A DNA stretch of 63,603 nt, filler included, from Choristocarpus tenellus KU-1152 (Eukaryota > Protista > Phaeophyceae), in NCBI GenBank assembly GCA_964200185.2. It is 11 parts of 11 records of this genome, joined end to end, with 100 filler letters (N's around TTAATTAATTAA, not from the genome) between each part and the next. Parts side by side here need not be neighbours in the genome. Positions count along the whole stretch, not along the records: positions 36,530 to 42,267 come from CAXNAD020009877.1; positions 42,368 to 46,670 come from CAXNAD020015209.1; positions 46,771 to 50,150 come from CAXNAD020020420.1; positions 50,251 to 60,997 come from CAXNAD020002739.1; 7 more parts are not named here. One strand, 5' to 3'. The notes under the pieces are model-generated. The model was not told the DNA's origin. It did not search any database and was given only the letters and a program-made list of their open reading frames with translations. The translations under genes were made by a program, and so were the position numbers. Of this stretch, positions 38,710 to 50,841 are shown piece after piece; within the stretch, counting starts at the first letter, position 1, and each line of letters opens with the position of its first letter.

Positions 38710-40484
38710 TTACCCACATCCACGGCTTGTTGGGTCCCTTCTGCAAGCTTCTTCGTATACATACTTCTGCGCTAGTTCAAAGTACTGCTCAGTTGCCTTT
38801 GGGTTCCAAATATCATAGTTGCGCCGGACCTGACTACCCACATGTCTGAAACAAATATGACTGTCGATCCCGTGGCGATCAATCGTTATGAAGTTGAATT
38901 CCTCTGGCATGTACAGCCGACCATACATGTTGAGGATGTTGAGCTCAGAGAATAATGTATCCGTTACCTTGTCGTGCGATGAGGGGGTAAGAATAAAGCC
39001 CAGGAGGGTAAAGGTATATTTTATGTTGAAGGTCAGAGGACATCTTCCCTGCATTGCATGCGCATCACACTAGGAAGAGTGCCTTTGTTATTGTACCTGC
39101 TATATGTAATAAAGTACCTACATATCCTCCGTACGGTGCTAATCTGCTTCAATGCTGCTTTGATTTTGTTTACAATCAAAGGATACCTTTCACATCCGAA
39201 CAGGATCTAGGTTCAAACCAAATGTTCGCCCAAGGCTAAGTTTGTGAGCTCCTGAATGCAATTTGCAGCGGGCAGTTGAGCAATTAAACTGGGCAACATT
39301 GGCCTACTTCAGAAGTTTGCTCACCTCCCACCCCTTGCTGTGCCCGGCGAAGTAGTCTTCCATGATGTGAATAAGAGGTTTCCCAAGATGATTTTCAATA
39401 TGATTACGCACCCTCCCGAAAATCTCCCTGGGATATAAAAATGGTGACTTCATCAGACAGTCTCGGTCCATGGGGACGCCTAGAGCATGTTCTGTTCCTA
39501 CCTTCCAGATGTCGCAGTTCTCTCCACACCACTTCACGTCTCCAAACATGCGACAATTGCTCATGATCTTTCCCTGCTCACAAGAACATGAGGGTGGTTT
39601 ACAAACAAGGTAAAATGATGAGTTTTTGGAACAGTACGGCATTTCTGTTCATTCAAATAGTCTATCACATCAGAGATAGGAATTGCAAACCTGGTTCGCG
39701 CCCTGAACACTAACAATAGACCTCTGAAGCATGCATTGACTGATTTTTAAATGTTTCCAACTATTGTCTGATAACACCAATGCTTAAGTGCACCCTACCT
39801 GGCACCACAAACGTTTGAAACAAGAAGCACACTCTAAGTTCACAGTTCAGTCCTGACTGGCACCTGCAGCAGGGGTCACCTCTCTTGTAGATTGAAAGGG
39901 CACTTTGAACGTTGAATAATCAACATGCTGGTCATCAATAGGAAAAGAGCACAGACAGTCGCTCAGATGTAGTACTCAAGAATGCATCAGAGTACTAGCA
40001 ATGGAGCAAAAACAAGCATAGATGATGTAGTGACCTTAAAATGTATTGTAGTATCTTGGAATGGTCACAGTTGGAATTATTGTACAAAGTAGGGTAGAAC
40101 TACTCTGAGCAAACGTGGGGGTATACACTTAGCCCAATCAATTACTCAAGGCTCGCTGGTGATGAGGAAAAGTTCTGCTTCTAAGAGTGTTATAATACTA
40201 GATTAACACGACCACAAATACTACTATGGAAATATCTTACCCATGACCTCTCTTTGTGAGAATGAAGTGCTGAGCTCAGAAATCGATCCCCGATGTTGGA
40301 GATTCGCCAATGATCATTGCCTACTGCTTCTCCAGATGACTACTAGAAGGAGTATGTTCCTTTTATTTCTACGAGGGGAATGCACACTGGTAATGATCAA
40401 TGGCAAAAACCATGGTAAACGGTATTTCTAGTTGTTATCCAAAAACTCTTTGTACAAGAATTGCAGCGTGCGTGGTGTTGAATG

Positions 40485-40515
<31 letters not shown>

Positions 40516-41959
40516 GCTGTTGCTATATATTCCAGTGTTTGCTTGGACTACACGCACATAGGTTCCAGGTCTCGACCGCACCAAGAGCTCAAAATGGTGA
40601 ATATTCCCAAGCACCCCTTTATCTGAGATATTACGGGACCAAAGTCCAAGACCATGCCAGTCATGAAATCAAATCAATAGGGTCCTCCAAATATGGGGGT
40701 TGGGAGTGGCCGACGACAGTTTCAAAGCCAGAGTATCTTAGAGGGTACGAGTTTTGCCATGTTTGTCCGTTTGGGGCTTGGCTTCCTACGTTTTTTCATC
40801 TGTTTTACCTACTCGGCAGTGTTTCGGAGTAGGTAAAATGTGTACGTCATGAAAAGGTGTGTCCGGTAAAAGGATATTGACACTTCCTAATAAACATGAT
40901 AACCAAAATTACATCAAAACCGTAACATTAGATTTGGCCCCCAAACAGAAACAGCTCTACCCTCTAAGATACTTTGACTCTTCATGTATCTCTGGATGTA
41001 GGTTCGCTTTTGCGTGTAGTGCCTACGACGTACAGGAAATTGACGTAGGGGTCTTCCAATAATCAGGATTATTCCGAGAAATGCCAAATTCCTCTTGCTA
41101 CAACACAGCTCCAGCAGTGGAACAACCAATCCGTTGACGTTTAGAAAAAAGTCGCAAGTATGGTTTGACCTTCGCTTGATGCACACCGACAACCCGCTTC
41201 TAATTAACGATCTCTATTTGTGAATACGCATGTTCCAGTGTATCACACCATTGCCTATTTGAACGCACCTGCTCGTCGAAATATCCTTCCCTAACAGCAC
41301 TGCTGGATTGTACAAGGTCCGTCTCCAGGATGAGCACATAGTCATTCGACGTAAAGACATCAGCATACATCTTTAGAAATTGTTGTGTTAGGTATCCAAA
41401 CTGAGGGGGAAGAGGTTCACCCACCACGAAGACATATGCATAAAGCGGGATCACTGAGAACAGCATGCTGATCGACTGAGGTTCTATGAGTACCACAAGG
41501 TCACCGTAGCATGGCGTAAAGAGCTCCAAACTTCGAAACAGAAACGGGGCGAATAGCGAGTCTTTCGGTCCAATAGGAAGAAATATATCAATCCTCTCCA
41601 AACGATCATCTGACTCGTAGGCTCCTTCTCTTTTACTGGATGGCGAAATGACACGATGCACAACCATTTCTTGAGGTATCTGACCCTTTGACGCTTCGTA
41701 CGACTCCTCAAGCGCGCCACCAGAAACCTGTGTGATCATGCTGCACATTGTAAAGATGCTCACTCATGTCAAGAATCTCCAGGAAGACACCATCGTTTAC
41801 CCCCTTGTTGATTGTAGAATGTTGTTGTACTGTGTGTGCTTGTGTTGTGATGTTATGATCAGGGAAGGTGATCGTATAAATGACATACAGTACCGATACG
41901 CCGATTTTGTTCACCCATGGGTATGCCCGAAAAAAGCAGCACAGCATTGATGTGGACAA
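38710..41959 (-). CDS. DUF6492-like putative nucleotide-diphospho-sugar (GT-A fold) transferase
   Basis: Phase-0 exons 41959-41801 (start uncertain), 41727-41269, 39573-39325, 38967-38710 (may splice further). Motifs GYLTQQFLKMYADVFTSNDYVLILETD, PFLYPRE and FSELNIL. Confidence 0.7.
40724..40980 (+). mobile_element. Intronic MITE family A copy, probable TSD TTC
   Basis: ..GAGTATCTTAGAGGGTACG ... TACCCTCTAAGATACTTTGACTC. TTC at 40721-40723 and 40981-40983. Confidence 0.8.
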
Positions 41960-41976
41960 TATCGTTTTTGTAGTAT

Positions 41977-42267
41977 TTAATCGTGGTTAGCTGGGAAATC
42001 AATCGTCGAAGCAACCGATTAATCGTGGCATTCCCGGGAAATCAATCGTGGTGAGCTGGGAAATCAATCATCGAAGCGACTAATTAATCGTGGTGAGCTG
42101 GGAAATCAATCGTTGAAGCGACTAATTAATCGTGGCGAGGTGGGAAATCAATCGTCGAAGCGACTGATTATTCGTGGCGAGCTGGGAAATCAATCGTTGA
42201 AGCGACTAATTAATCGTGGCGAGCTGGAAAATCAATCATCGAAGCGACTAATTAATCGTGGTGAGCT
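41977..42267. repeat. 42-bp minisatellite, about 7 copies, running into a gap
   Basis: Unit approximately AATCGTGGTGAGCTGGGAAATCAATCGTTGAAGCGACTAATT. Confidence 0.92.
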
Positions 42268-42496
42268 NNNNNNNNNNNNNNNNNNNNNNNNNNNNNNNNN
42301 NNNNNNNNNNNTTAATTAATTAANNNNNNNNNNNNNNNNNNNNNNNNNNNNNNNNNNNNNNNNNNNNTGGAATGCGCAATAAATAAATGAACACTAACAA
42401 CCAGTGCAGTGCACCAATCAACAGTCAGTACAAGCTGGTAGATGTGTATCATATCAACAAGAAACAAATGAGTAGCCTATGTTTTAACAGTCAATA

Positions 42497-42990
42497 CATG
42501 GCTAAAGGCACACCGAGTTTGCTTTCATCATGCCTATAATCAAGGTTACTTCAGGTCCATAAGCGGCGAGTGTAGGTAGACACACCACGACGATGTAGTT
42601 CCCAAGGGATACTTCTCATACCTTTCGAGAACTCACCAGGGATCTCCAAGCGTTCAATCCACTGAAGAGTGGCGTACGATGGTAGCCTTAACCGGTGCAC
42701 ATCTCCAATACCTAGCAGCGATGCAAGACTCAGAACTCCCTCCACTATTCGCGAGAAGCCCAACCGATTCGGACGCTTCAGAGTCGTCTTGAAGCTGCAC
42801 GCTGGAGTCTGAGGCTCAAGGGATCTCTGTCATTCCAACTATAGACAGGAAGACTCCTTCCCAACTCGACAATATTCGCCATGACACCTGCCCATTGTAC
42901 TAATCAAGTATGGATATCTGCCCTGCTATAGCATCTGCGCAAAGTCCACTCGAGAAGGCCTGTCCAGGTACTCCTTGACACAGGTGCAGG
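42497..42990 (+). mobile_element. Second decayed copy of the Gypsy gag/protease segment
   Basis: Reverse-complement homologue of ~5030-5520, sharing GFSRIV.GV.S.ASLLG on the antisense frame. Ends at the GACACAGGTGCAGG (DTGA) codons. Confidence 0.8.
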
Positions 42991-43156
42991 AGGGGGGAAT
43001 TACTCTCGTCTGTTTTTTAAGACTAAGAACTAGGACTAGTTCTACTACTGGCGCTCTACCATGTACGCATAGTAAGTGATAGCATTTGTTGGGCACAGAT
43101 AGAACTTACCTTGTAAAACAATACTGGGATGATTCCAACCATATCTGTGGTGCATT

Positions 43157-43415
43157 GAGTGAAAGTATCTTAGAGGGTAAGAGTTTTGCCCTGTTTGTCC
43201 GTTTGGGGCTTGGCTTCCCACAGGTTTTTACGTCATTTTACCTCTACTGCGAAATGTTTCAGAGTATGAAAAATGTGTACGTTATGGAAAGGTGTGTCTG
43301 AACAAGGATATTGACACTTCCTAACAATTACAATAGCCAAAACTACATCAAAATCGCAACATTGGAATTTGGTCCCCAAGCGGACGCGACTCTACCCTCT
43401 AAGATACTTTGACTC
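43157..43415 (+). mobile_element. MITE family A copy, 259 bp, TSD ATT
   Basis: Near-perfect 23-bp TIR GAGTGAAAGTATCTTAGAGGGTA / TACCCTCTAAGATACTTTGACTC. ATT on both sides. Confidence 0.9.
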
Positions 43416-46400
43416 ATTCTCAGCCCAGTTGATTCTTGCCAACAATATCATATCGTGCATGTATCACGACATTTAATCATGACTTCTGCAAAAGAATATA
43501 TCGAAGTCCTGGTCCTCACAGTAGAACTTCCCCACTTCTCCGCATTGTTATGTTATTTCCAAGAAAGAAAATTTCAAGTACAACCTATACTATTTGTAGT
43601 AATAATGTTTTGCATTAACATAATAAATATCACTGTATAAATCAAAATCTATCCCTCCGTCCCAAAATCCTTCCCCCACCCATGACTCAGAATGACACTT
43701 ATACATAGGCTTTATAGCAAGTTATGTACGGTATTTTTTCCAAAACTCTGTACACCCTCGCAATTTCAACCTCCCTCAAAGCTTACTCAGCATTTAGTCG
43801 TGGAGGCGACTGTGGAATAGCGGCGTAAACTCAATGCCAAAAGCCTGGTCAAGTTTGACCTTGATGCCACCACATCATATAGAGAGGGACTTCTACTGCC
43901 AACGACTGGGATATAGGCTTGATCGCAGAAGGATTCCAAATGTGAGGTGTTCAGGGATAACAACTGGGATGATAGCGATGGCGAGGATGGCAAGTTTTGG
44001 AAGGGATTGTGATGATGGTGAAGATAATGGAGGTGGTGAGGAGGATGATGTCATACATCATGATACAGGAGACAGGAAGAGGCAGAAAGGAAATCAGTGT
44101 GGAGTGCAAGAGTGATGCCCATATGTTCCTCCTTATGGGTGACTGTCACTTGATACTTGGGCAGATCATCAACATAGCAGCAGCAGTAGCTACGTTTGCG
44201 TTCCCGCCAACCTACGTCTTCTTCACACCGGAACAGAGGACAAAGAAGATCGGGGAGAGGAATTTGAGGATACCGTGCAAGAAGGAGGAGCTTTGAAGTA
44301 CCCGAAGGGATTGATGTTGACACAAGCTGGGAGTGAATTGAAGGGGTGGTTGCCTGCCACTCGCGACAAACTCAACAAGAACTTTCTATCGACCTACAGT
44401 TTGGAAGTCATCAAGGAGGTCCTGAAACTCAAGGAGAAGATTGTGTTGGGAAGCTCAAATGGGCTCTGCAGGCACCACTGCTATTGCTACTGAGAGTGCA
44501 TTGCTGGGGTAGATCCTGAAGTGTGCTACATTGCACTACGCCTCATTTATTTGTCCTCTCCCTTTGCCCATCCATCCATTCCTTGCAGACACTTTCTACT
44601 CGTTTTGTCCTCCTTCCTTATACTTCATTATTGTTTCAAGTCTATATAGCACTCCCAGTATATACTGTGTACGGTTTAATCTTGTGTGTATTTTCCTATG
44701 CCTTTTATGTTGCAGTGAAATTACCTTGCCTAATGACATTACTGCTTCCAGACTACTACCATGAATGGGCAGAAGAACGAATTAGCAAGCATTTTCAGGC
44801 CTCGTTGCACAATCCCATGTGGGATATATCTCTTTTATTCCCCATAGAGTTTCCCTGGTACATCCATCATTATGTACACCCCTCCACAGACTCATTGCTC
44901 GAATGAGTGTTAGAAATCTTGTGTATTTTCTTTGAATTTTATTTCACCAAAAAATATCTCATAGGTATGTGTGTGTCTATAGTAGTACAGAGCTATCCTA
45001 TGTAAGAAGGGGGGTATTGCTGAGTGCTTGAGGCCCCTGTGACCGTCTTCTTGATCATGTGCTTACAGCACTCTGAATCTCGTTATTTTCGAACTTACGA
45101 GCGTTTGTTTTCTCTTCTGCACCTACAGCCCCCTTAGAAAGGTTTAAACCATCCTCAACACCTAAAAACTCGAGAATAGGGATGAAAACAGATCCCCTCG
45201 GCATTTTGTGACCCTTATGTATATACTTTGTCCAGAATATATATGTATGTGTCTGTGTACACTATCTACTGAGATGTATTCTGTTGGAGTGTATCATTCA
45301 TTCAAATATCGTTCGCTCAATGTGTTTAGAGATAGTATTCCATCATTTGTTGAAGTTATCGAGTAAGAACTTGTGCGTGCCATTTCGAAACAAGAGATTG
45401 ACACACTACATGGAATACACAACAACTACGTACATTTCTTAATATCGTTGCTGTCACTGCGACTATCCAACAGCATGGATAGGTGTATTTATTCTCTATT
45501 GTTATTTGTAATTATAGCATATGTGTGTGTGTGTGTGTTTGTGTGTGTGTCACATACACCATAGCATGTACGGCATACTGCATAACAATTACAAAGTCAT
45601 TCATCATCTGCTTCATTCTTCCTTCTTGTGGTGTAGCCGAGAGATATTCTACCATTCATTGACACACCACGTACTGCACAGAAATGATATATGGCAGACA
45701 ACACTAATAATAAAGAGCAGCAGTGGCAACTAGCAACCACCAAAAAGGATAATCATCACGAGTGGCTGATGATGGCCTTGTCATATTTTTCTTGCTACCA
45801 TCATGGTTATTGCTGCCATGATTTCTACTCTTATGCTCACTACTCCTGCTACTTTTGTTACTAAGTGGAACTACCAGGAGTAAGTCAAAACACAGGCCAC
45901 TTTGGGGAAGAGGGGCGTAATTCACCACATTCGCATACGAACTTTACAGTATCAAATTTGACAGACATCATTCTAAGGTCCTCAAAGACATGACACAACG
46001 GATGCATACATGAAAATACCACGAAAAAATAAGACTTCTTTGCCTGGTCTCCTGGTTGAAATATACTACTCCGGAGTAGCAGATAGGACACCCCATTGTA
46101 CAACACTACATGCATGTCTGGGGTATACTCTGTGTCACATGGATATTGAGTCATGATCGAAAAAGAGACTTCAGATGAATAGTGCATGTGCCTCCTCAAG
46201 ACAAAATGACACATGGAGCTCTGATTGCAGATGCAAGGAAAGATTTACTTCAATTCTAGACACTCGCAGAAGTACGGACTACTCAGACGTGATTAGGTCA
46301 CATACATGTGACCATTCATAAACGTCAGATAGTGCACAAGTGCACACACATATTTTGAGTCGACTCGACAAGCATTATATGCAAAGGAAAAGGACAAGAG

Positions 46401-46770
46401 ACACAGGAAGTGTTCCCCCCATTTTCCCCTGCTCCCTCGTCCTCGTAGTAGTGGGTTCCTAACCAAGATAAAACACAGCTACAGAGTCAACTTTTGATTC
46501 ATGTAGTATTTTTCAAAGACTCAAGGATCTTAACAGATTACTTCATTGCTCTTTCAAGTCTGGTCAAACACGCCAGCATTCCTAAGCCTGACCATTTACA
46601 TAAAACAGCCCATTTCAAAAATTGAGGATGGAGCTTGTTATTGAGGATGGGCTTGACCCAAAATTGACTGNNNNNNNNNNNNNNNNNNNNNNNNNNNNNN
46701 NNNNNNNNNNNNNNTTAATTAATTAANNNNNNNNNNNNNNNNNNNNNNNNNNNNNNNNNNNNNNNNNNNN

Positions 46771-46805
46771 CCCCTCACAACCCCACCCCCCAGATACTTT
46801 GACCC
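46771..46805. mobile_element. MITE terminal repeat at a contig start
   Basis: CCCCCCAGATACTTTGACCC. Confidence 0.7.
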
Positions 46806-46859
46806 ATGCCAGGATCACAAGGAGGGCACAACACGAGATCACCCGCCTCTGAAACAGGA

Positions 46860-47715
46860 TCCACTTCAACTCTTTCCGGGCACAATTGGCCGCGTTATCT
46901 GATGAAGCTGAACAAGGGAAGGAAAGTTCCTCGCTAGCCCTGGCCTGCCATCGGAGTCAGTGTGGACAAGGGATAAGTGCATGGGCCTCCACACAACCCC
47001 TGAAATCAGCATGCCAGTTCCCTCCCATAGAGTTTAGACCCACTGCCAGCAGATTCCTAAGGGGGGAGGAGGCCCTATCGAACAGGTGGCCGGTGGCTGG
47101 GTGCAGGAAGGCAAAATGTGGACACTAGACATGCTCGTACCTACCCTAGGGCAGAAGGGCAGGTACGATAACACATACCAACAGTGAAGCGTCTAGGTCA
47201 ACTCTGCAAAGAATTGGGCATCTCTTGCACTCTATGGAGGACGGCACTCATTCACAGCGGAGAAAACGTTCCGCATGGATCTTGTCTTCCATGCTGGGGC
47301 ACTTGCGGATGCTGAATCAGCTCTCTACTGGGACAAAGGCATCCTGCTAGATGTTACGTTTGCAGAAGTGCAAGCAGCCTCCCATATACCACACTCATCC
47401 ACCAGCAAGGGTGTAGCTGCTGCTGTAGCTAAGGTGCAAAAGCACACCCACTACGAGGGTTCTTTTGACCCTTTAAGGTATAACCTCAAAACCTTCACAG
47501 TGGCAAGTTTTGGGCGCCTCAGTAAGCAAGCAGGAAGTTTTCTGGCTGAGTTAGCCACGCACACGGTAGAGGGGAGAGGGGCAGGAGGATACAACAGGGA
47601 ACGGACTGTCGAATCCCGTCTACGACAGATAGTGTCTGTCACTGTGCAATATAGGCTAGGCAGTCTATATGGAGTTATATATTTAGTGAACAGTGGAATA
47701 CAACAGAAGTACTGA
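46860..47715 (+). mobile_element. Degenerate non-LTR retrotransposon 3' region with a restriction-like endonuclease (CRE/R2-group-like)
   Basis: RMDLV...ILLDVT...AAA...K.THY...SFGRL...A..FLAELA fits the RLE pattern (R.D...D.T...K..Y). The upstream frame is broken. Confidence 0.7.
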
Positions 47716-49023
47716 CTGAGTAGAGTAAGGGTCAAGGATTTGATTTGGCGTGCTTCGAGTCGCAGGCTCGAGTTTCAATGGATTGATTTCTTATTTTGTT
47801 CAATATAAGTGGCTGACGTAGTGTGACTGACACAGACACATTTTGACGTTTCTGATGACGTGCGCAATAGATAATAATATAAGGAAGAGCACCCACCACC
47901 AAGGGCTGTGCTCACTCCGCTAATAAACAAATCCATACAACTTAAAGCAAAGACTATTGGAAGAGTTCTCTTTTGCATAGTCACAACACAAGTAGCTCTA
48001 TCTAGACGTGCCAATCGTTTTAAGTCGGAGACACAAGGGAGATGGGCAAGGAGGAGCTTGTTAGAATATTGGGATGCTTCCCCAGCTCCTTACACTGGTG
48101 TACAGGACTAAGTTCGGTTGGAGGCACAGAAAGGCAGTGGTGTAGCATAGCTGGTGGTAAAATAGTAAGTAAATAATAAAATATCTTTCGCATTTACAAC
48201 TGTTAATTTTTTAGGAGTTGTTCTGACATTTGGTTTTTCATTGGCTTTCATTTGACACGCCTTCAATATGTCAGAGGGCATAATAATAAAATTGTACATA
48301 TAAAATGACCCTAACCCTGTGTGTACTTGAGTCCTGAGTTAAACATTTTTTGTATGGGAAACAAATAGTGTTAGAAGAATTTGTATTCTACAAGAAACCT
48401 TACTCCTAATAGAGAATACTATATATATATTATGATGCCCTTTAACATTTTGCTGATGTGTTAGGGGAAAAGTCATTTTTATACTATCATACAGCCTTTA
48501 CCCCCATCTGGTCAAGTGCATATATAAGCCAAGATACACGACTTCCCCACAGTTCACATAATCTGTTACAGCGTGCCCCTGAACTTACCTCCACAGGATG
48601 TGTAACTCAAATCCAACGACCCTAAAACGACACTATGGGAACGTTGCCCATGGTAACAGTTTGTAGGGTGTCAGATAGCCTTCTCTCTTGATATTCCACT
48701 CAGTGCTTAGCTCTAAGCTCGACTCAAAGTTTCGTTCAAGATAAAAAGACTGGTAAGGGGGGTAAAGGTGTTTTCACCAAAAAAAGCCCTCTTATTATTT
48801 TCATCATCCACCCAATTTCTTTGGTCTTCTATGCAACTGCTCTATACGTACTCCAATCATAAACCTTTATTCTGCAACTTCTTCTTAGGAACTTTGAAAT
48901 TTTCTTCTGTAATGTTACGTATGCATTACGAATCTTACTCTGTATCTTCTACGAAATCAGCATTTATTCTGTAAAGCTACCTATGTGTTACTATTATCGT
49001 ATATTGTTCGCAATTGTTAAAAC

Positions 49024-49176
49024 GCGAGAAACAATGCTCGCACTATTCGCTGTCACAAATGTTCGTGTTTGCTAAAACATGAGAAGAAATATTCGCGCTA
49101 TTCGCGTGTAACAAATGCTCGCACTTTGTTAGAACATACAAGAAGAAATGCTCGCGTTATTCGCCTGTAACAAATC
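49024..49176. repeat. Degenerate ~57-bp tandem repeat, about 3 copies
   Basis: Recurring GAGAA..AATGCTCGC.CTATTCGC.TGT.ACAAAT. Confidence 0.7.
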
Positions 49177-50041
49177 CGGTTTGTAATTTCAGCATGTGTG
49201 GGTTGAAGAAACAATAGTTGGTATTGTGTCCTTTACGCGATTTTGCACTACAGCCGCGAAACTCACAAAGGTTTCAGGAATTGGCATGTAAGTACTTCTC
49301 GGATTTCCCAAGAGTAGGTATATTTAACGAGTTGAGGCTGCTGGGGTGGTTCGTTTCCGTTTTCTCAACATTTCTAGTTTAGCTTGCTGTTCTTGGATCA
49401 ATTTATACAAGCTCAAGGTTGGAAAATCTCAGATCCATCACTGGTAATGACAGTAGGTTTTCCAGTGCAAGGGTTGAGATCGTAGCACTGCAGTACAAAT
49501 GGTCCTCCAACTCAAGGCCTGATTATGATGCATCTGCTAATACAGCATCGACCAGGCAATCAAAATGCTTGAGTGGGTTGGGCAGGGATCAGATGTCCTG
49601 TAAAATTGAGGTTTGGGCACCAAGGTTGAACGTGCACATAGATCCAAGGTTTGCTCATAGTCCTCATGCTTGTTTGCTGGAATTGATTCCTTCTTTACCT
49701 TGACTAACAAACAAATTCTGGACCGATATTGTGAGAATATCAAGATGAAGTCTGGTGCAGCAACACATTGCCTACTATTCTTGTCAGATTCAAATAATTT
49801 AGTCGTAGTCGAGTCCTTAGCTGAGAGAGTGATAAGGATGTAAGGGCGATTAGCTATTCGAGCATTGATTGAACATATATGCCCACCACTTGGACGCTGG
49901 TTTGAGGATGCCTGAAGTGCTGAGACTACTTATTATGATCGTGGAGTCTGCTGAAGGTGAAGCCCATGACAATTGTGGAAAAATAGGACAATCATAAGGT
50001 GTACCCTATTTTATGCATGTGAAATTACGGGATTGGATTGA

Positions 50042-50150
50042 AACCCAAAGTACCTGGGGGGGACGGTTCTACACCAGGGTGTCCATTTTGGGGCAAAGTC
50101 AGGAAAAGTGAATTCACATTATCCATCCGAAGTATGCAACCAAATCACCC
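50042..50150 (-). mobile_element. MITE family B copy cut by a contig end
   Basis: AACCCAAAGTACCTGGGGGGG..CACCAGGGTGTCCATTTT, matching the reverse complement of the 3' half of 30494-30674. Confidence 0.75.
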
Positions 50151-50385
50151 NNNNNNNNNNNNNNNNNNNNNNNNNNNNNNNNNNNNNNNNNNNNTTAATT
50201 AATTAANNNNNNNNNNNNNNNNNNNNNNNNNNNNNNNNNNNNNNNNNNNNGGAGTGAGAGAAAAGTTTTTAAAAGAAAAGAAAGGTTGAAAACCAAAAAG
50301 ATGAAGGGGGGGGGGGGGGGGGGGATCAGTGCAGGTTAACGGTATCATCCACAGCAAAGCACTCTATCCAACCTGTAACTACACT

Positions 50386-50841
50386 GCAAAGGAATATTTA
50401 CCTATATTCCTCAACATATTAAAGGCTCTAGTATATTCATCCTTTATCTTCATTGTACCTCTGATGATATTATCTGGAGGCGTAAGTCAATATCTGAAAT
50501 ATTGCGCCGTAGTTTTTAGCTTGCAGATTTGGCCGGCATTAAATGCAGTGCTAAATCTATTCATAGAGTTATATAGCAAAGTAAGAGCAACAGGTATTAC
50601 TGGCGGTAGCCTAACATTTACTAACTTTAACGGCATTCATGAATCAATAGATACAATTGTACTTGTTGCTAGTGGTTTGCAGATGAGTATACCGTTCTCA
50701 AGTTTTGCAATAGTGCAGGGCGGAGTTGGAAGCTTTGTACATCTAGCAAGTAGCATCCAAGGCGCAAGCGCAGGAGCTGCAAGCGTTGCATCCGGAGAAG
50801 TGATAACCGGAAATAGAAGCTTTGATAATATTAGTCAAAAC
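50386..50841 (+). pseudogene. traG: Fragment of a bacterial F-type conjugative mating-pair stabilisation gene (TraG_N), Rickettsiales RAGE-like
   Basis: 152 uninterrupted codons, AKEYLPIFLNILKALVYSSFIFIVPLMILSGG...FSLQIWPALNAVLNLFI...SGLQMSIPF.SFAIVQGG...ASGEVITGNRSFDNIS, matching the TraG_N membrane region. No introns; A/T-ending codons predominate; both gene ends are missing. Confidence 0.8.

Noticed and set aside
46296-46313. Hairpin GGTCACAT-AC-ATGTGACC as a Helitron end or terminator
   Set aside because: No CTRR terminus at the expected distance and no second copy.
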